From positions 2,048,001 to 2,112,000 of the forward strand of contig CAXXJJ010000004.1 in the NCBI GenBank assembly GCA_963667015.2: 64,000 bases of DNA, written 5' to 3'. Shown here piece after piece: positions 59,402 to 64,000 of the stretch. Position 1 is the stretch's first letter. Each line of letters begins with the position of its first letter. A program made the position numbers and the translations under genes. Origin of the DNA: Desulfatiglandales bacterium. Lineage in GTDB: Bacteria > Desulfobacterota > DSM-4660 > Desulfatiglandales > HGW-15. The notes beneath the pieces were generated by a model. That model did not search any database, was not told the origin of the DNA, and worked only from the letters and a program-made list of their open reading frames with translations.

Positions 59402-60250
59402 ATGAAGATTATCTATTATCCAGGATGTACATTAAAAACCAAGGCAAAAAATCTTGGAGATACAGCCGTCGCAGCTATGAATCTGCTTGGCATCGAGCTT
59501 GAAGAGCTCACCCGCTGGAATTGCTGCGGTGCGGTTTACTCACTGGCGGATGATGATCTTATCCACCAGGTGGCACCGGTCAGAATCCTGGTCAGGGCCA
59601 TGGAACAGGGGGGTGGAAAGCTGGTTACATTGTGTTCAATGTGCTACAACACACTCGCCCGTGCCAACCTGATCATGAAAAACGATGAAGAAAAACGGAA
59701 CACCATTAATAACTTCATGGATGAAGAAAAGGATTATAATGGTGAAGTCGAGGTAATCCATCTACTTTCGTATTTAAATGAAAACGTTGGGTGGGATGCC
59801 ATAAAAGAAAAGGTCAAGGCCCCGCTAAAAGGTCTTAACATAGCCCCCTATTATGGATGCACCCTGCAGAGGCCCAGAGAAGTTGGCATAGAAGCACCCG
59901 GCAGTTTTCAATTGATGACAGACCTGCTTTCCACACTGGGTGCAAATACGATACAGATAAGCGAAGCAGACCTGTGCTGCGGATCGTATCAGATAATAGG
60001 AAACCCCGAGGCAGCAGGAAACAATTCGGAAAAAATCGTTAAATCAGCAACAAAAGCCGGTGCTGATGCACTGTCCATGAGCTGCCCGCTCTGCGAATAT
60101 AATATAGGCAAAAAACAGGCGGGCCTGCCGACCTTTTATTTCACCCAGTTACTGGCAATCGCACTCGGGGTAGCCCCTGAAGACTGCCATTTTGAACTCA
60201 ATCATAAGTCCTCTCTGGAGTTATTAAAGACCAGGGGGATTATAAAATAA
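59402..60250 (+). CDS. hdrB: HdrB-like CCG-domain protein
   Basis: Two CCG domains: YYPGC…WNCCG…CSMC and YYGC…LCCG…CPLC; YFTQLL tail. Confidence 0.85.
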   Translation: MKIIYYPGCTLKTKAKNLGDTAVAAMNLLGIELEELTRWNCCGAVYSLADDDLIHQVAPVRILVRAMEQGGGKLVTLCSMCYNTLARANLIMKNDEEKRNTINNFMDEEKDYNGEVEVIHLLSYLNENVGWDAIKEKVKAPLKGLNIAPYYGCTLQRPREVGIEAPGSFQLMTDLLSTLGANTIQISEADLCCGSYQIIGNPEAAGNNSEKIVKSATKAGADALSMSCPLCEYNIGKKQAGLPTFYFTQLLAIALGVAPEDCHFELNHKSSLELLKTRGIIK

Positions 60251-60276
60251 ATTATATCTTTCATGGAGAACCAAAG

Positions 60277-61065
60277 ATGTCCGATACAGATACAAAACAG
60301 AACATAAAGGTAGCTACCGGGGACAGGGCTATCCTGCCTGAAGGAGCAAAGACAATACCTGTTTATGTAATGGGGAAAAAATACGATGTCCCCGAAACAC
60401 TGACCATTATGAAGGCAATGGAATATGTGGGATTTAAATTTATACGCGGCGCAGGATGCAGGGGCGGTATATGCGGCGCCTGTCCTACGGTCTACAGGAA
60501 AGCAGGCAATTATAAACTGTATTTCGGGCTTGCCTGCCAGACAGTAGTTGAGCCGAACATGTACCTCACCCAGATACCCTTCTATCCGGCAAACAGAGCC
60601 ATATATAATATTGAGGAAATTGAACCGGTAGCAGAATCGATCCATGCACTCTATCCTGAGCTGTTCAGGTGTGTTTCATGCAACAACTGTACGAAGGCAT
60701 GCCCCATGGATGTGGAGGTTCTGGATTATATCTCTGCCATAAAACAGGGAGATATCGAAAGGGCGGCCATACTCAGCAAGGACTGTATTCAGTGCGGCAT
60801 GTGTGCCAGTCGATGCATGGGCGAACTTCCCCAGTATCACATTGCACAGCTTGTAAGGCGTATTTACGGCAAGTACATACAGCCACGGGCAGAGCACCTT
60901 AAAAAACGCGTAGAGGAAATCAACTCAGGAAAATATGACAAAATGCTGGACGACCTGATGGCAATGGACAAAGATGGACTGGAAAAGCTCTATGTTGAAA
61001 GGGAACGCGAACCAGACATGTCAGAGCCGGGTAAATGGATGCCGGAAGAGACGAAATATCTATAA
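60277..61065 (+). CDS. SdhB/FrdB-like FeS protein ([2Fe-2S] + 2x[4Fe-4S])
   Basis: GCRGGICGAC…LACQT, CVSCNNCTKACP and CIQCGMCASRC motifs. Confidence 0.8.
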   Translation: MSDTDTKQNIKVATGDRAILPEGAKTIPVYVMGKKYDVPETLTIMKAMEYVGFKFIRGAGCRGGICGACPTVYRKAGNYKLYFGLACQTVVEPNMYLTQIPFYPANRAIYNIEEIEPVAESIHALYPELFRCVSCNNCTKACPMDVEVLDYISAIKQGDIERAAILSKDCIQCGMCASRCMGELPQYHIAQLVRRIYGKYIQPRAEHLKKRVEEINSGKYDKMLDDLMAMDKDGLEKLYVEREREPDMSEPGKWMPEETKYL

Positions 61066-61084
61066 TCAGAAGAGGGAAAAACAT

Positions 61085-62752
61085 ATGGCATATACAAGCG
61101 AACTCAAAGAGCTTATTAAAAAGGTGGAAGCCAGCCGACCGCAGCGACTGGAAATGGCCAGGCGCGGTGAGAATTACCCGGCACTGGATCTGAATGGTCG
61201 TGCCGAAGTACTGGGCAAATTCCATCCTGACTATAAGGAAGAAGGGAGAAGAGCCCTTAAGGTAGGCCCCAACAAGGGTGATGTTTTCCAGGATGAAGTG
61301 GCATCACTCCTTGAATCAAAATCAATGATAAGGCCTGAAAATGTTAATCTTTCAGAGCCCGATTATGAGGCAGATATACTTATAATCGGTGGCGGAGGTG
61401 CAGGGACTTCAGCGGCACTTATGGCATCTGATAAGGGGGCCAGTGTTATTATTGCAACAAAGCTTCGTCATGGAGACTCTAACACAATCATGGCTGAAGG
61501 CGGTATCCAGGGGGCATCACAGGAATGCGATTCTCCTTTTTACCACTACATGGACACAATGGGCGGCGGACACTTTGCAAATCAGCCGGACCTTGTGGCA
61601 GCCCTTGCCCACGATGCACCACTGAGCATTGCATGGCTTGAAAATCTGGGCATGATGTTCAACAAACACCCGGACGGCCGTATGAAGGTAACCCACTTCG
61701 GCGGATCATCAAGAAAGAGGATGCACTCTTCAGGTGATATGACCGGCGCAGAGATTATGAGGGTTATCAGGGACGAGGCAAGAAACAGGCCGGACAAGAT
61801 TACTATCGTGGAATTCTGTCCTGCGGTTGAGCTTGTACTTGATGAAGATGGAAAATGTGCAGGCGCAATTCTTTACAACATGGAGACCAGAGAATTCTAC
61901 TATGCAAAGGCAAAGGCGGTTATCCTTTCTTCAGGCGGATTCGGAAGGCTCCACATAAAGGGTTTTGCCACGACAAACCATTACGGCGCTACAATGGACG
62001 GTGTTGTCATGGCATATCGCGCAGGGGTCGGCAACAAATCACTCCACTCCACACAATACCATCCAACCGGCGCAGTTTATCCTGAACAGAATGTAGGGCT
62101 CCTGATCACAGAAAAGGTAAGAGGTCTTGGCGCCCATGTTCTTAACATAGATGGTGAACAGTTCTGTTTTCCGCTTGAGCCAAGGGATGTTGAATCTGCA
62201 GAACTCATACAGGAGGCACTTGAGAAGGGGAAAGGGATAGTCACCCCCACAGGAAGAGTTGGAATGTGGCTCGATTCACCAATGATTGACGAGTTACACG
62301 GCGAGGGAACTGTAAAAAAGGAACTCCCCGCAAAATTCATCCAGTTTAAAAGACATGGAATAGATATCAGCAAAGAGCCCATGCTTGTTTATCCTACACT
62401 TCACTATCAGAATGGCGGAATCAACATCAATGGCCAGACAGAAACCATAATACCAGGGTTATTCGGTGCAGGAGAAGTGGTTGGCGGGATACATGGTGAA
62501 AACAGGTTAATGGGAAACAGCCTCCAGGATGTTGTCACCTTTGGCCGCAGGTCAGGCATCAGTGCTGCAAACTATGTAAAAGGAGGTGTTGATCTTAAAA
62601 AACCCACGCTTGATCATGTGGTTAAATTTGAAAAGGAACTGGCTGAAGCCGGAATTGAGAATCCTGTAGTTGCCCCTATTCTGCTGCCCGATTATTCAAC
62701 CGAGGAAGTTATAGCCAGGAGATGGACAGAGGGCATGCAGGATAGTGAATAG
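61085..62752 (+). CDS. SdhA/FrdA/TfrA-family flavoprotein
   Basis: IIGGGGAG, SNTIMAEGGI, QYHPTG, LITEKVRG, PRDV, HYQNGG and HGENRLMGNSL motifs; start revised to ATG 61085. Confidence 0.88.
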   Translation: MAYTSELKELIKKVEASRPQRLEMARRGENYPALDLNGRAEVLGKFHPDYKEEGRRALKVGPNKGDVFQDEVASLLESKSMIRPENVNLSEPDYEADILIIGGGGAGTSAALMASDKGASVIIATKLRHGDSNTIMAEGGIQGASQECDSPFYHYMDTMGGGHFANQPDLVAALAHDAPLSIAWLENLGMMFNKHPDGRMKVTHFGGSSRKRMHSSGDMTGAEIMRVIRDEARNRPDKITIVEFCPAVELVLDEDGKCAGAILYNMETREFYYAKAKAVILSSGGFGRLHIKGFATTNHYGATMDGVVMAYRAGVGNKSLHSTQYHPTGAVYPEQNVGLLITEKVRGLGAHVLNIDGEQFCFPLEPRDVESAELIQEALEKGKGIVTPTGRVGMWLDSPMIDELHGEGTVKKELPAKFIQFKRHGIDISKEPMLVYPTLHYQNGGININGQTETIIPGLFGAGEVVGGIHGENRLMGNSLQDVVTFGRRSGISAANYVKGGVDLKKPTLDHVVKFEKELAEAGIENPVVAPILLPDYSTEEVIARRWTEGMQDSE

Positions 62753-62790
62753 TATTTAATTATTTTAAATACATTCACGGTAAAAAACCT

Positions 62791-62818
62791 TTGAGGCAGG
62801 TTTTAAACCTGTCTCTAC
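62791..62818. repeat. REP-like palindrome
   Basis: GAGGCAGGTTT-t-AAACCTGTCTC-TAC; the minus strand begins with GTAG. Confidence 0.55.
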
Positions 62819-62820
62819 AA

Positions 62821-62863
62821 AAAACAAAAACGCCCCGTTCAAATGAACGGGGCGTTTTTGTTT
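62821..62863. terminator. Bidirectional intrinsic terminator
   Basis: AAACAAAAACGCCCCGTTC-aaat-GAACGGGGCGTTTTTGTTT. Confidence 0.85.
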
Positions 62864-62898
62864 AACTGATCGCTGAACGCTGAATGCTTACAGCTTCT

Positions 62899-64000
62899 TT
62901 ACGGTGTATAAAGCATCACCAGACATCTGGTGGTTTCATTACCCTTATTCTTCAGTTTATGAGGTATCTCGGAATTATAGTGCATGCTTTCACCGGCTAT
63001 AAGATTGTGCACCCTGTTGTCCAGCGTAAGCTCAAGGCTTCCTTCCATTACATATATAAACTCTTCACCCTCATGCTTGTAGGCAACAGGCTTATGGGCC
63101 TGCTTTGCCTCTATTGTAATCATGAAGCCCCTGAGGTGCTGATTTTCAGCGCCGGGAGTAAGTGTCTGATATGCGTAGTTCTTTGTTCTAGTTGTGAAGG
63201 CCTGGGCTCGCTTATCCTGAATATGAGCCTTTTCTTCATCACTTAAAAATGTCCCTGGATCAACACCAAGGGCACGTGACAGTTTTAAAAGAAAACTTAC
63301 CGACGGCACAACCTCGTTGATCTCAACCTTTTGAATAAACTCCGGCGTCTGATCGGTCTGTTGTGCAAGCGTCTCAATTGTCCAGTCGTTTGATTCCCTT
63401 ATTTTTTTAATCTTTTCACCAAGCCCGGTACCTGTCTCACAACCATCGGTTACATTTATAAAATCTGCGATATCCCGCATAACGAGTTTTTTAATGCGGT
63501 TTGTAATTAAAGGCACTACTGTTTTCGAGTCTGCAACAATGCCCAGGTCTGCTGCATGAAAGATCGGGGAATTAGGATCCCTGTTTATGGCTACTATACA
63601 ACCTGAATCGGTTATTCCGGCTGTATACTGGACAGCACCCGATGTTCCGACTGAGATTAGCAGCTCAGGCCTTACTGTTTTACCTGTCTGTCCGATCAGC
63701 CTTTCCTCATCCACCCAGTGGTTGATCACAGGGGGGCGTGTAGCTCCAACTTCACCGCCCAATGCAGCCGAAAGCTGTCTTACCATGGAAAAGCCGTCAG
63801 CATTTCCGACTCCGGCCCCGCCGACTACAACTATATCTGCATCTTCCAGTCTCCGTACACCGGCCTTGCCGGTCTCTATTGATAAACGTTTCAGATCATC
63901 AGCCCCTAGATTTTCTTTTATGGATATTTTTTCCATTTCACCGGGGTTTCCTTTGCGCTCTACAGGAGAAAATGTACCGGGCGACACTGTTGCAAAACCG
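62899..64000 (-). CDS. Electron transfer flavoprotein alpha subunit fused to XRE-HTH and cupin domains (N-terminus beyond window end)
   Basis: VGATRP, IGQTGKTVRP, GTSGAVQY and AINRDPNSPIF (EtfA); LGEKIKKIR…PSVSFLLKLSRALGV (XRE); HEGEEFIYV…IPH (cupin). The frame stays open to 64000. Confidence 0.85.
   Translation of the reverse strand, partial: GFATVSPGTFSPVERKGNPGEMEKISIKENLGADDLKRLSIETGKAGVRRLEDADIVVVGGAGVGNADGFSMVRQLSAALGGEVGATRPPVINHWVDEERLIGQTGKTVRPELLISVGTSGAVQYTAGITDSGCIVAINRDPNSPIFHAADLGIVADSKTVVPLITNRIKKLVMRDIADFINVTDGCETGTGLGEKIKKIRESNDWTIETLAQQTDQTPEFIQKVEINEVVPSVSFLLKLSRALGVDPGTFLSDEEKAHIQDKRAQAFTTRTKNYAYQTLTPGAENQHLRGFMITIEAKQAHKPVAYKHEGEEFIYVMEGSLELTLDNRVHNLIAGESMHYNSEIPHKLKNKGNETTRCLVMLYTP

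Overview
This is a 64-kb, AT-rich, gene-dense chromosomal window from a sulfate-reducing Desulfobacterota-like bacterium, inferred from dsrTMKJOP, a tetraheme cytochrome c3, hdrCB-like genes and sahR-ahcY. Most of it is core genome: pilC/pilS (partial), Na+-decarboxylase subunits, tkt, sahR-ahcY, dnk-panC-metK, rnpB, Nif3/zinc-ribbon genes, dnaG-rpoD-tRNA-Ile2, hisB, tRNA-Ala and tRNA-Arg, rplU-rpmA-obgE-proBA-nadD-rsfS, a polar amino-acid ABC transporter and a stand-alone IMP cyclohydrolase. No CRISPR array, prophage or recognisable defence system was seen. The most interesting signals are: (1) a complete sigma54 architecture (two tandem palindromic enhancers, an IHF site and a -24/-12 box) driving a ~140-nt structured, terminated, apparently non-coding RNA; (2) a neighbouring 29-bp inverted repeat that encloses a small peptide ORF; (3) an hdrC-hdrB-FeS-flavoprotein operon resembling a thiol:fumarate reductase, transcribed divergently from dsrTMKJOP across a Rex-like site; (4) a GAF / atypical kinase / USP operon; (5) an EtfA-XRE-cupin fusion; (6) an ATT-initiated deoxynucleoside kinase; (7) an IS1380-like 300-bp MITE with a target-site duplication; and (8) an IS200 remnant between 36-bp direct repeats. 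All family assignments come from motif recognition by eye; no database searches were run.
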